Below, piece after piece: positions 9,168 to 19,094 of a DNA stretch of 64,000 bases. How positions within the stretch are numbered: position 1 is the stretch's first letter; each line of letters starts with the position of its first letter. The position numbers and the translations under genes were made by a program. Source of the stretch: Rubripirellula sp. (GTDB taxonomy: Bacteria > Planctomycetota > Planctomycetia > Pirellulales > Pirellulaceae); NCBI GenBank assembly GCA_965216875.1, contig OZ244207.1, forward strand, positions 7,552,001 through 7,616,000. The letters run 5' to 3'. The notes below the pieces were generated by a model. The model searched no databases, had not been told where the DNA came from, and was given only the letters and a program-made list of their open reading frames with translations.

Positions 9168-11978
9168 CTACACGCGGTCTTTGAGGATTTTGATTCCGCG
9201 ATCGAGGAACTGCAGCGGTCTGTCTTTGTGGTTTTCTTTCACACCATGTTTGATGACCGATTTGCGCAAGTCGTTAAGGATCTTGAGAGCGAACTCAGGT
9301 TCGTCGGCATTGTTGGCATAGAACTCGATCGCTTGAGGCCATATCGTCTGTTTTCGACAAAGAGCGAACGCGGGAACGTAAACGTTGTTGCCCCAATTGT
9401 CGCTTGGCGAACCACCGTAGAAGCTCACTGACTTGCCGCCGTCGTTTGACGACCAGGACTGCAATTTCGCGTGCGTTGCCTTGATCAACAATTCTGGGGC
9501 CTTGTCGGCAATCGTATCGAAAACGTCTGTCTCGGAGACAAAGTTACCCTCGATCGTTGCGGCTGCAAAAAAGTTCCACGGAGCGTCGTATTGGCCGGCG
9601 GTGTCCAGATCGATGCCGACTTGAATCTCGCTAGCCGAAATGACCCAGTGCTGTCCCATGCCATACATCGCGCCAGCCGGATCTTGGATTGGATTGCCGT
9701 CGTTCCAAACCTGTTCGGCGCGGTCGATCTCGTCGATCACCATTTTGGCAAGCCATGGTTGTTGGCTTGCTTGAATGTCCAGCTGTTCGCACAGCCGAAG
9801 CCCCATGGCTCGGGCCATGGTGAAGGGGAAGCCATTCAGGTCATCCGCGCTCGAGTTGGTGACCGCGATTCGCAAGCCATCGAGAAGTTTGACGAGTGTT
9901 CGCTCGGCTCGAGGGTCTGATTCGATAAACCTTTCTGCATGGTGGTAGGTGTTGTTGAGCAACCAGATAGAAGCGCAGCGACTACGAATGTTGCCTTCAT
10001 GCAATTCATCAGCGAGAACGGTCAAACCAGGATCCGCGCCGTAGTTTGGAAACACTTCCAGCAAAAATGCCATGAATTTGGGTGACGGATCCGCCTCTTC
10101 GCCAAACTGGCTGTCGCCGGTTCCCGACGACACGATTCCGCCCAATCGACGGGCGCACAGCAGCGTTGACTCTGCCGCTTCCCGACGACGATCGTTTTCA
10201 CGAGTGAGCGCCTCGACCGCTCGCATCACTTGCCCGAGTGATTTTGGGTCCTGCTCGCGTTTGAGCAGATCCATCCATTCTTCCAGAACTTTGCCTTGAA
10301 ACAAAAGTGGCCCGGCTGGTCTTGGATCCGAAATCGATTGCTTGACCAATGGGTTTCCGACAGTCGGGTTGATGGTTGGGTCGAGGGCTGCAGGACCGTT
10401 GCCCCCATCACCCATTCGAGTCGGATGAGCGCCAGGCAATCCCGATTTGCTTTCCAACAGATCGACCGGCGAGGTGGTGCCACGACCGATGGTCACGACA
10501 TTCTTGTCGAGCATAACCATCCCGGTCGGGTTCTCGATCTCAATTTCGTAAGTGCCTTTGTGCAGTGACAATCGATTGTCTTCACCCGTTTTGATTTCGA
10601 GGCGATCGACAAGCTCGTTGCCTTGGCGAATCGCAATCACGACGTCACCTTCGCCTTTGACAACCAATTCGCCGCGATCGGTGGCGATCTTTAAGACGAA
10701 GCCAGCAAAGAGAACCAAGGCGGCTGCGAGCCCCCAGATCCAGAGACGCGTTCCTTGATCGGGCGTGCTCGGCGCTGCTTGGCCGACCGTCAACAAAGAC
10801 CTTGGCTCTTCGCTTGACGCCGGTTTTCGCAATGCTTGTCGTAAGAGCCGTCGCACGGTGTTTTGGCGGGCGAATTTTTCGAGCTGCTGGGCGATGTCTG
10901 CGGCGTGTTGTGGGCGTTTTTTTGGATCGCGGGAAAGCATCGACGCGACCAATTCGACAACGTCGCGATCAACGTCCTCGCGAACCGAATCGAGCCGAGG
11001 TGGGTCTTCATTGGTAATCGCCATCACATGTTGCGCAAGACCGCCGCGTCGTTGATGTGGCGGTCTTCCGGCGATCAGACGAAACAGCGTCGCGCCCAAC
11101 GCGTAAATGTCCGCGCGAGGACTCACATCGCGACTATCGACCAGTTGCTCGGGTGCCACGTAGGGCATTGTTCCCATCAGGTGACCCACGGTCGTTAGCC
11201 GATCGTCAACGGCTAGCGGATCGTCACCCGAAAGCACAAGGCCTAGGTCAAGTAGTTTGACGACCCCATCACGCGTCAGCATCATGTTCGACGGTTTGAC
11301 ATCGCGGTGCACGAGTCCTGATGAGTGGATGTGTGCCAAACCGAGTGCGGCCTGCCGGACCAGTTCACAGGCATCGGCAACCTGCAGCGGTCCCATTCGA
11401 CTGGCAATCCTTCCAAGGTCCATTCCATCAAGGTGTTCCATCACCAAGTAGTGCCAACCATCTTGATGTCCCGCGTCGGTAGCGCGGACTACGTTCGGAT
11501 GTTCAAGCGATGCGATCGTCGTCATTTCGCGGTCGAATCGGTCAAGCCATCCCGGTTGGTCGACTCTTTCGCGTGGAAGCAACTTGATTGCACACTGACG
11601 TCGCAGTCGCTGGTGTTCGGCCAAATAGACCGTTCCCATCCCGCCTGCTCCCAACGCACGGATTAGCCGATAGGGACCGAGCACGTCTTGCGGAACCGAG
11701 TCGATCGGTGGCAAGACGCTCGAGGAGGCAGGTGTTTCGAGCATTTGCCAAAGCGCGACTTGGCAGGCGGTTTCGGCTTGCAACGGATCGGTCACGTCGC
11801 CGATCAAAGCGCCGCGAAGCCACATCCCATCGCGTTCGAACGCTTCAAGCTGCTGCCGGCAGGTCGAACAGTCGTCGAGGTGGACCAAGGCCGCGTCAAA
11901 CTCTTCGGCCGGGTATTGGCCACTTGCAACGCGTTTGAGAGCTTCAGGGTCGAGGCAGTTACGTTCGGGAGCGATCAT
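9168..11978 (-). CDS. Membrane Hanks-type Ser/Thr protein kinase with N-terminal zinc anti-sigma (HxxxCxxC) motif
   Basis: LGAGGMGTVY, AIK, HRDVKPSN, LLDLGL, GTMPYVAPEQ, DIYALG; TM helix (LWIWGLAAALVLFAGFVL); N-terminal VHLDDCSTC. Confidence 0.93.
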   Translation of the reverse strand: MIAPERNCLDPEALKRVASGQYPAEEFDAALVHLDDCSTCRQQLEAFERDGMWLRGALIGDVTDPLQAETACQVALWQMLETPASSSVLPPIDSVPQDVLGPYRLIRALGAGGMGTVYLAEHQRLRRQCAIKLLPRERVDQPGWLDRFDREMTTIASLEHPNVVRATDAGHQDGWHYLVMEHLDGMDLGRIASRMGPLQVADACELVRQAALGLAHIHSSGLVHRDVKPSNMMLTRDGVVKLLDLGLVLSGDDPLAVDDRLTTVGHLMGTMPYVAPEQLVDSRDVSPRADIYALGATLFRLIAGRPPHQRRGGLAQHVMAITNEDPPRLDSVREDVDRDVVELVASMLSRDPKKRPQHAADIAQQLEKFARQNTVRRLLRQALRKPASSEEPRSLLTVGQAAPSTPDQGTRLWIWGLAAALVLFAGFVLKIATDRGELVVKGEGDVVIAIRQGNELVDRLEIKTGEDNRLSLHKGTYEIEIENPTGMVMLDKNVVTIGRGTTSPVDLLESKSGLPGAHPTRMGDGGNGPAALDPTINPTVGNPLVKQSISDPRPAGPLLFQGKVLEEWMDLLKREQDPKSLGQVMRAVEALTRENDRRREAAESTLLCARRLGGIVSSGTGDSQFGEEADPSPKFMAFLLEVFPNYGADPGLTVLADELHEGNIRSRCASIWLLNNTYHHAERFIESDPRAERTLVKLLDGLRIAVTNSSADDLNGFPFTMARAMGLRLCEQLDIQASQQPWLAKMVIDEIDRAEQVWNDGNPIQDPAGAMYGMGQHWVISASEIQVGIDLDTAGQYDAPWNFFAAATIEGNFVSETDVFDTIADKAPELLIKATHAKLQSWSSNDGGKSVSFYGGSPSDNWGNNVYVPAFALCRKQTIWPQAIEFYANNADEPEFALKILNDLRKSVIKHGVKENHKDRPLQFLDRGIKILKDRV

Positions 11979-12078
11979 GGCGGCGATCCTTGTTCAGAAC
12001 CTTGGGAAATCGGGCGACACCATGACAACGGAGGCATTGGACAGCTGAACGAGATTTTTTTCTTTGTGACAATTCCAA

Positions 12079-12729
12079 TCAATCGAGCCCCTGCATTTCT
12101 TGCTGCAAGCGGTGCAAAACACGGGCTCTGGCTTTATAAACGGCCCAACGAGAGACCCCCATTTCGTCGGCGACTGCAGCGGGCTCACGGCCTTCGACCG
12201 CGGTTTCCCAGAACATCCGCCAGCTACGTGGATCAAACGATTCTCGCATCAACTCAATCGTTCGTCGGCGGACCGAAGCGATGTCCGAGGTTTCATCGCC
12301 AGGCGGCAATTCCGATTCGACGGGTGAGTCGACCAGTTGCGGGTCGCCCAGTTCCGAGTCGACCAGAGGCTCTTCTCCCGCGACTTGTTGCATCTTTAGA
12401 TTCGCCTCCGTTCCCCCAGCGGCGGTCAAGCCTGCCGCGCGGGCGCGGTCGCGGATCTTGTTGCGAGTGATCGTCCAGAGCCAACCGCGGAAGGTTGACC
12501 CTGGTTTGCTGTAGTCGAAACCGCCAATCGCCTTGGCAACCGAAGCAAAGGTCTCTTGCATCACGTCGGCAGCATCCGCCGATTGACAGCCGGAACGTCG
12601 AGCCCACGCGTACACCACTGGCCCATAGACCTGAGCAAGCCGCCGCCAACTGTCACCGTCCCCTTCCCTGGCCCGATACAGCAGCGAGGTCGATGTGGAA
12701 GGTTCCGAGTCGTGCGTGCCAAAACTCAC
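12079..12729 (-). CDS. ECF RNA polymerase sigma factor (planctomycete, kinase-associated type)
   Basis: STSTSLL N-terminus, sigma2 (DAADVMQETF, TFRGWLWTITRN), sigma4 HTH (PAAVADEMGVSRWAVYKARARVL); directly upstream of the kinase. Confidence 0.92.
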   Translation of the reverse strand: MSFGTHDSEPSTSTSLLYRAREGDGDSWRRLAQVYGPVVYAWARRSGCQSADAADVMQETFASVAKAIGGFDYSKPGSTFRGWLWTITRNKIRDRARAAGLTAAGGTEANLKMQQVAGEEPLVDSELGDPQLVDSPVESELPPGDETSDIASVRRRTIELMRESFDPRSWRMFWETAVEGREPAAVADEMGVSRWAVYKARARVLHRLQQEMQGLD

Positions 12730-12849
12730 GAGGATGATCCGATCGAGAAAAGACGATGGCAGTAGCGCTTCGGCTTTATTGTAGATCGCAACGAATCGCT
12801 CCGCAAAACCGCGGCGGTCGATCGTGGACGTGAGTTGCGGCTGTCTGCG

Positions 12850-14229
12850 TTATCCAAACCTGAGCCAGCAGAGGGTCGTGATCACGACGACTCCGATCAC
12901 GTTGAGCGCAAATCCCTCTCGCGCCATCGTGCGAATCGTTAGTTTGTCGCTGCTGAAAACAATGGCGTTGGGGGGCGTCGCCACGGGCAACATGAATGCG
13001 AAGCTAGCGCTGATCGTCGCGGGCACCATGATCAAAGCCGGATCGATGTTCGCCGTCAGCGATGCGACCGCCAAAATCGGTAGCAACAGGTTCGCGGTCG
13101 CGGTATTGCTAGTGACCTCGGTCAAGAAGGTGACTGCAAGACAAACCATAGCGATCATCAACACCACCGGGATCGCGGCCAAGCCTCCCATCGAATCGCC
13201 AATCAATTGACTGAGCCCCGACGATGAAAAGGCTTCCGCGATGGCGATCCCGCCACCGTAAAGGATCAGCACACCCCAAGGGATCTTTGAAGCGGCCTCC
13301 CAAGTCAGGAGCGGCTCATCATTCCCATCGCCACTTGGAATCACGTGCATCGCGACGACAGCAAGCATTGCGACCCACGCATCGTTCGCACCAGGAAGGT
13401 CGAGCCAACCACTCCAACCTCCGAACGGTTCTTTGCGCGTGATCCAAAGCAGCGCGGTGATCGCAAAAACGGTGAGCGTTCGGATTTCGGCCGAACGCCA
13501 GCGACCGACCGGGGGCAGTTTGAGTCCGCCTTCGGGTTTCAGGCTGCGGGTCAACCACAGACCGGCTAGCGGAAGCATGATCAACAGGATCGGCATCGCC
13601 CACATCATCCAGCGGACAAACGAAGGTTCTGGCTGGTGCGCGTCATCAACAAAGGCGCGCATGAAGACGAGGTTCGGTGGAGTCCCGATGGGCGTTCCGA
13701 TGCCCCCGATGCTCGCCGAATAGGCAACGCCTAGCAGCAGGCAAACGTGTAGGTGCGGGTTCTTCGAGCGTTCCATCACCGCAGCAATGATCGGCAGTAA
13801 CATCAGCGTTGTTGCTGCATTGGAAATCCACATGCTCAGTACAGCGGAGGCTGCCATGAAGCCAAAGACAAGTTGTCGGCCACCCGAGCTTCCGCCAAAG
13901 GCGCGGACCATCGTCAATGCAATCCGACGATGGGCGCAGCTTCGCTCCATCGCCATCGAGAGCATGAACCCACCCATCATCAACAACACGAGCGAATGAC
14001 CGTACGATTGGCCGACCTGTTCGCGGGTCAAGACGCCAGTCAGCGGAAAGACAGCCAAGGGGATAAGTGAAGTGACCGGAATCGGAACCGGTTCAAAGAT
14101 CCACCAGATCGCACAGAGCACAACCACGCCCGCGGTCCACGCGATCGGCTCGGGTTGCTCGGCAAGATAAAGCCCACCACCAACAAGGATCGCGGCGATC
14201 GGACCGAGAAGGAGAATCCAGGACTTCAT
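12850..14229 (-). CDS. DASS/SLC13 family sodium:dicarboxylate(sulfate) symporter
   Basis: Polytopic membrane protein; SMWISNAAT, SIGGIGTPIGTPPN, TEVTSNTAT, AFMLPVATPPN. Confidence 0.93.
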   Translation of the reverse strand: MKSWILLLGPIAAILVGGGLYLAEQPEPIAWTAGVVVLCAIWWIFEPVPIPVTSLIPLAVFPLTGVLTREQVGQSYGHSLVLLMMGGFMLSMAMERSCAHRRIALTMVRAFGGSSGGRQLVFGFMAASAVLSMWISNAATTLMLLPIIAAVMERSKNPHLHVCLLLGVAYSASIGGIGTPIGTPPNLVFMRAFVDDAHQPEPSFVRWMMWAMPILLIMLPLAGLWLTRSLKPEGGLKLPPVGRWRSAEIRTLTVFAITALLWITRKEPFGGWSGWLDLPGANDAWVAMLAVVAMHVIPSGDGNDEPLLTWEAASKIPWGVLILYGGGIAIAEAFSSSGLSQLIGDSMGGLAAIPVVLMIAMVCLAVTFLTEVTSNTATANLLLPILAVASLTANIDPALIMVPATISASFAFMLPVATPPNAIVFSSDKLTIRTMAREGFALNVIGVVVITTLCWLRFG

Positions 14230-14259
14230 TCAGGTGTGGAATTAGGTGGGCGTCTGAGG

Positions 14260-14383
14260 GTAGTGGACGAGGCTACGAGTCCCTTGGTGACTCATTGCCC
14301 ACGAATATTTGGGGCTGCGGACATTGGGGACTCGTTGCCTCGTCCACTACGGATACTGAAGGACTCGTGGCCTCGTCCACTAC
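14260..14383. repeat. REP-F cluster (GTAGTGGACGAGGCxACGAGTCC), three copies
   Basis: Forward copy 14260-14283; reverse copies 14327-14350 and 14361-14383. Confidence 0.85.
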
Positions 14384-14426
14384 GAAGATGATTGCGTCTC
14401 GTTGATGGTGAGAAACGCAAGTATAT

Positions 14427-14460
14427 AAAAAAACGCCGACAGCGATTGCTGCCGGCGTTT
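14427..14460 (-). terminator. Intrinsic terminator of the secretin gene
   Basis: Minus strand AAACGCCGGCAGC-AATC-GCTGTCGGCG followed by a T7 run, ~35 nt after the stop codon. Confidence 0.8.
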
Positions 14461-14493
14461 CGTCTTGTTTTAGAATCGTTTCAAACGGTTCGA

Positions 14494-17400
14494 CTAGCGA
14501 TTCGGCTTGAAGCCGGTTTGAGCGAACTCTTCCTCTTCCTCGATGATGATTCGAGGGGTGACCATCAGCATCAAGCTTCGAGCGTCACGACCAACCGAAA
14601 CGTTTCGGAACAATCGGCTGACGTAAGGAATCTTGCTGAGCATTGGCACACCACGTTCGGTACGGCCTTCAGCGAGTCGCTTGATACCGCCGAGCAGGAT
14701 CGTACCACCGTCAGGAACGCTGACCGTGGTGCTGACCGTGGTGAACGAGAACGTTGGCAGCTGGACGGTCGTACCTTCGGTGATGTCCGAATCTTCTTCC
14801 GTGTTCACTGCGTCGTCGTCGTCGACCACACCGTCACCGTTGGTGTCACCGGTTTCGTTGCGGCTGCTGCGGCTGGTGGTCCGACGACCTTCGTAGGTGA
14901 AGGTGTCGACATCACCGATCTGGCTAAAGAACGGAACCAGCGTCAGGCGGACGAATCGCTTGTCGTCACTGACAATCCCTTGAACGTTCAACTGAGTTCC
15001 TTCGTTAAGGACCACGATGACCGGTTGTTGTGCGACAGCAAAGTCACCAACAACTGGCGTGATACTGGTCACGAAGGGACGCTGAGTGACGTCTTGGATG
15101 TTAGCGAACTGGCCATCAAACAGGGTCACCTTTGGTGCCTGCATGATATTGTTCCGGTTATCACCCTGAGCGGCTTGCAAGAAGAAGAACGTTTCAATGT
15201 CGCTCAACATTGCAAACCCGATTGTCGAGGCGGCACCGGCGTCAAATCCACCGAAGGGTGGCAGAGTACCGAAGCTGCCGTTGTCGAACCGGATGTCCAA
15301 GTCAGCCGTTGGCAGACCATCGCCACCGAGGCCGACGGTCACAGCGGGACCTTCGTCTTCACCGGTTGGGAAGTTGGTGACGTTGTCATCGAATTGGACG
15401 TTAAAGTCGACACCGATCTGTTCGAAGAACGAGTCCGACAAGGTGATGAAGCGAACTTCGATCGTGATCTGCAAGTTCTGAAGAGCTCGCAGTGATTCAA
15501 GCAGGTCCGAGATCTGGTCGTGAACGTCACTCGTCGTGCTGATCACCAAGCTCAGGTTCTGTGGATACGGTGCCATGGTACTCGGACCACCGAGGACTTC
15601 CCAAGTGTCAGGAACGACCGTGGTTTGAATCAGGTCGATCAGCGATTGGAAGTCGGCAAATGCACCACCACCAGCTCCGCCTGCACCACCACCCGGTGGA
15701 TTGTTGAGACCGAAGCCACCTTGGCTGCCCATCGGAGCGTATTGGCCAAGGACAGCTGGGTTCAGGTTTGCCGAGGTGGGTGTTTGAGCCATTCCCGTAC
15801 CGAGGTCGGTCATCGAAACCGGCATGATGCGAACATCATTTTGTGGGTTCGACATTTGATAGGCTGCACGCAACGCACCGGCCAAGCCTTGTTCGTAGCT
15901 GCTGGTGAAGTTCGGAATCGGAGTCACCAAATCGGTCACGCGGTAGGTCTTTGGATAGACCTTGCTGCGTTTGGCTTCGATGCTGGTGATGTTCAGAACA
16001 TCATTCTCGATGGTGTAAGTGAGTTGCAGTTGCTTTTCGAGCAACAGGTTCAACGCACTCTTAAGAGCAAGCGGTGTGTTGATGCTCAAACTGACGGGCG
16101 TGTCCGCAGTCACTCGAACCGTCGACAACGCAGGCGTGTCGATGACCATTGGAATGCCGGTGGCATTGGACAGGTCGTCGATCACTTCGCCGAGTGGACG
16201 ATTGTTGTATTTGACTTCGACAGGCGTGGTCAATTTTTGCTTGATCGCTTGCTCAGCAACGCTCAAGTGCGAGTCGGACGAATCGCCTTGCAGACGAATC
16301 GTCGATCGGTTCGCCCAAACCTCAGGATCTTCAAAGGTAAGTTCCCGAGTTGGGTCGTAATCCTTGGCCGACTCTTCGATGCCTCGCATGACGTCCAGGA
16401 AGGCGACGCGTCCTTTGGCTTGGACTTCTTCTTCCATGGTCTTGCGAGTCGCAATCGTGCTGTTGTGCGTCATCTGAGTGGCGATGGGATCGCCAGGCTT
16501 CAGTTCGGCGACTTGTTTGGCAACAACGACTGCTTCGTGATAGCGTTTTTCAGTCATCAACTCGTTGAAGCTCTCGACCAAAGTCGCAACTTCCGCGTCG
16601 ATCGATTCTTGTCGAGCTTGCTGGGTAGCGATCTCGGTACGAATCGATTCGTTCTTCAAGTCCAAGTTGATTTCAGCGCGATGGGCTTCGTTGTATCGCT
16701 TTTGTTCGTTGATCGCTCGATCAACCAACACGGCGATGGTGCGACGCGACTGTTCCGAGATGTCGGAGCTGTCGACGCGGCGACGAAGTCGTTCGAGACC
16801 TTCCAAGGTGTTCAGCGGATCGCTTTGCTTGGATTCGTTTGCTTTGGCAAGTTCGGCGGTCACCTCGCGATACAGCCGACGAGTCTTTTCTTGAGCTTCC
16901 AACTCGGCCCGTTCAATCGCCGTCATGTTGGCGGGTGAACCGGCGTTGGGAGTTCGGACGGGCTGGAGGAGAGTCAGCTTGTCCTTGAGCTGATTGCGAA
17001 TAGCGGGGTCAAGGTCCGACGCGTTGTTCCATGCCTCGAGGAAGAACTGGCGTGCGGTTGCCTTGTCGCCTTTCGACAATGCCTCCATTCCATCGTTGTA
17101 AAGTTTCTGGCCGTTGCTGATCGTGCCACCAGGAAGCGGTGCTTCGTTTTGCACCTGAGCGATCGTACCCGCTTTGTTGTCCGCTTCAGCAGCAAACAAC
17201 ATTTGGGCGACCGTGTTGGCTTCGTTGGTTGGCGCCGTTGCAACCGCTTGTTGAACGGGGCTGACACCTCCGACTGCTAGCTGACCCGAGGTCAACGCAA
17301 CCGTGCGGCGGCGAACGGCCGATTCGGCATCGAGCATCAATTGCCAGACGCGTGGTTCATTCGGAGCGAAGGCTTCATTGGGCACCTTCAGTTGTTCAGC

Positions 17401-18045
17401 TTGTTTGGCCATCGCAAGTGCGGTGTTCGCATCGCCACGATCCAAAGCAGCACGTCCGATCGCGACAAGGCGAAGAGCCTCGCGTTTGCGGGCCGCAGGA
17501 TCAGCAATCGTGTTGCTGGCACCGCGTGCACCGATCGGTTGTGCGTAGTTGGGCGCGCCACCTGCGAGCTTTGTCGGTTGCGAGCCGGCGATGCCGGGCA
17601 ACCTGCCAGCGGGTTGGGCGGGTGCCGCAGGAGGTGCGAGCAACTGGGCGTCGAAGCCGACGGCCACAAGTTGTTGTCGCAGGATCGCAATGTCGCGAGC
17701 CTCCTGGGCGGACGCAGGAGCCGAACTGGCTGCCTTGCGGAATGCTTGCACCGCCGCTTGGTAATCTTTCCGAGCGAGTGCACGACGCGCTTCGGTGATC
17801 AGTTGCGGTCCTGATGCAGTCTTGGTCGGGGTAGTTGGCATGGCCGGAGTAGTGCCGGCGGGCAACTGGAACTGGGCAAACGCGTCCATGCTGGTTAGCA
17901 GCAACATTGTTGCAGCGATCCCAGCGACATGGCGGTTCGCAATTGCGAGGCGGTTCAACGCGACTCTCCTTCTTCGCGGTGAGACTTCAATGAATGAACG
18001 TCCAGCGTTGTTGTCGTTTTCCTGGCCCGTTCGGCGGTTCCCCAA
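14494..18045 (-). CDS. gspD: Large secretin (type II/IV secretion GspD/PilQ-like); true start may be downstream of 18045
   Basis: C-terminal secretin domain (QITIEVRFI, APKVTLFDGQ, TTVSVPDGGTILLGG, GVPMLSKIPYVSRLFRN, LMLMVTPRII); signal-like segment ending AFA-Q; long helical N-terminal extension. Confidence 0.88.
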   Translation of the reverse strand: MGNRRTGQENDNNAGRSFIEVSPRRRRVALNRLAIANRHVAGIAATMLLLTSMDAFAQFQLPAGTTPAMPTTPTKTASGPQLITEARRALARKDYQAAVQAFRKAASSAPASAQEARDIAILRQQLVAVGFDAQLLAPPAAPAQPAGRLPGIAGSQPTKLAGGAPNYAQPIGARGASNTIADPAARKREALRLVAIGRAALDRGDANTALAMAKQAEQLKVPNEAFAPNEPRVWQLMLDAESAVRRRTVALTSGQLAVGGVSPVQQAVATAPTNEANTVAQMLFAAEADNKAGTIAQVQNEAPLPGGTISNGQKLYNDGMEALSKGDKATARQFFLEAWNNASDLDPAIRNQLKDKLTLLQPVRTPNAGSPANMTAIERAELEAQEKTRRLYREVTAELAKANESKQSDPLNTLEGLERLRRRVDSSDISEQSRRTIAVLVDRAINEQKRYNEAHRAEINLDLKNESIRTEIATQQARQESIDAEVATLVESFNELMTEKRYHEAVVVAKQVAELKPGDPIATQMTHNSTIATRKTMEEEVQAKGRVAFLDVMRGIEESAKDYDPTRELTFEDPEVWANRSTIRLQGDSSDSHLSVAEQAIKQKLTTPVEVKYNNRPLGEVIDDLSNATGIPMVIDTPALSTVRVTADTPVSLSINTPLALKSALNLLLEKQLQLTYTIENDVLNITSIEAKRSKVYPKTYRVTDLVTPIPNFTSSYEQGLAGALRAAYQMSNPQNDVRIMPVSMTDLGTGMAQTPTSANLNPAVLGQYAPMGSQGGFGLNNPPGGGAGGAGGGAFADFQSLIDLIQTTVVPDTWEVLGGPSTMAPYPQNLSLVISTTSDVHDQISDLLESLRALQNLQITIEVRFITLSDSFFEQIGVDFNVQFDDNVTNFPTGEDEGPAVTVGLGGDGLPTADLDIRFDNGSFGTLPPFGGFDAGAASTIGFAMLSDIETFFFLQAAQGDNRNNIMQAPKVTLFDGQFANIQDVTQRPFVTSITPVVGDFAVAQQPVIVVLNEGTQLNVQGIVSDDKRFVRLTLVPFFSQIGDVDTFTYEGRRTTSRSSRNETGDTNGDGVVDDDDAVNTEEDSDITEGTTVQLPTFSFTTVSTTVSVPDGGTILLGGIKRLAEGRTERGVPMLSKIPYVSRLFRNVSVGRDARSLMLMVTPRIIIEEEEEFAQTGFKPNR

Positions 18046-18260
18046 AAAACTCTCTACCGTGCCCTAGGCCGATTCCTTGGCCCAGAAACCCGTCTTCTAG
18101 GGCACAATCTGCCCAGAGAGATTCCGGTTTGAAGCGGAAATACGGAGTATTCACGAGTGGTGTCAACAGCGATCTATCAAGATCACAAGAAAGTTTTATC
18201 GTGCTAGCAAATCAGTGAGACTCATCGCGTGCGTCACAAAGCAGAGTGGTTGTGTTTTTT

Positions 18261-18391
18261 GTGAGCCGAACGCGCTAGCGTCGGGCCTCGTACTCTTTTG
18301 CGAATAGTGCGAACGGCTGTCATGCGGAGCATGACCTACGAAGAGGACGCGGAGCGTCCGGGAGTGCGTTACCACGCGGAGCGTGGTAACG
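18261..18391. repeat. Mixed REP cluster (REP-A, REP-B, REP-E)
   Basis: REP-A 18261-18287; GTCATGCGGAGCATGACCTAC 18319-18339; GGACGCGGAGCGTCC 18345-18359; CGTTACCACGCGGAGCGTGGTAACG 18367-18391. Confidence 0.85.
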
Positions 18392-18446
18392 AGACGTCAA
18401 GCCGGAATCTTCTCACGAGCCGCCGAAACGCGTGACGGCAAACGGT

Positions 18447-18866
18447 TCAATCAACGTTGCGGAGGATTGCGTGGCAACTGACGCAGCTGATCGTTAACTG
18501 CTGAAAACCCATCGCAGCGCCTTCGAGATTGTCGGCGCGTGCGTGTCGTTCAATCTCCGCATTGGCAAAGTTGAACGCTTGAAGTTGGGCTTTGTAGCCA
18601 GGTTTGCTTTTGCGAATCCAGCCTTCCGCGTTCGAAAGCACTCGCATTTGTTTCGCCTTTTCGGCGACAAGCTTCATGTCGTCGACTGCCAAGCCACGGA
18701 GAATCTCCTGGGAGTACTCCAGCTTCTTTTCCATCCAATAACTCGGTGACCGTTTTGCTTGTTCCGCAGCGGATGGAGACGGTTGAGTTTCTGCAGGCTT
18801 TGGCTGTTGGGCAGCGGCGGTGGTGGCAAGCACGCTCACCAAGAGTGAAACCATGAAAACGCGCAT
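18447..18866 (-). CDS. Periplasmic class II (c'/c556-like) monoheme cytochrome c, paralog 1
   Basis: Signal peptide, helical body, C-terminal CVSCH. Confidence 0.78.
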   Translation of the reverse strand: MRVFMVSLLVSVLATTAAAQQPKPAETQPSPSAAEQAKRSPSYWMEKKLEYSQEILRGLAVDDMKLVAEKAKQMRVLSNAEGWIRKSKPGYKAQLQAFNFANAEIERHARADNLEGAAMGFQQLTISCVSCHAILRNVD

Positions 18867-18936
18867 TGTCGCATCCCTTCCCCGTTAGCGTGATCGAGCC
18901 GATCCGATTGATCACCTCTTTTGATTGCTGCAAGGG

Positions 18937-18953
18937 AGCAATTTTGGTGCCAT
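18937..18953 (-). promoter_or_regulatory. sigma54 -24/-12 promoter of cytochrome paralog 1
   Basis: Minus strand ATGGCACCAAAATTGCT (GG-N10-GC), ~70 nt upstream of the ATG. Confidence 0.8.
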
Positions 18954-19021
18954 CGACATCGCAAACCGAGTGAACAACCACGCTCGTTTTAACGCGTTTC
19001 CCTCCCAAGCCATGCAATCGT

Positions 19022-19079
19022 GTAGGTCATGCTCCGCATGACAAATGCACTCCAGACTGTCATGCGGAGCATGACCTAC
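19022..19079. repeat. Inverted REP-B doublet (REPIN-like)
   Basis: GTAGGTCATGCTCCGCATGAC ... GTCATGCGGAGCATGACCTAC; may also terminate the usp operon. Confidence 0.85.
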
Positions 19080-19094
19080 GGAAGGTACGGAAGC

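Noticed and set aside
14392..16938. Long + strand ORFs 14392-15495 and 15520-16938
   Set aside because: Antisense shadows of the secretin gene with no recognisable motifs.
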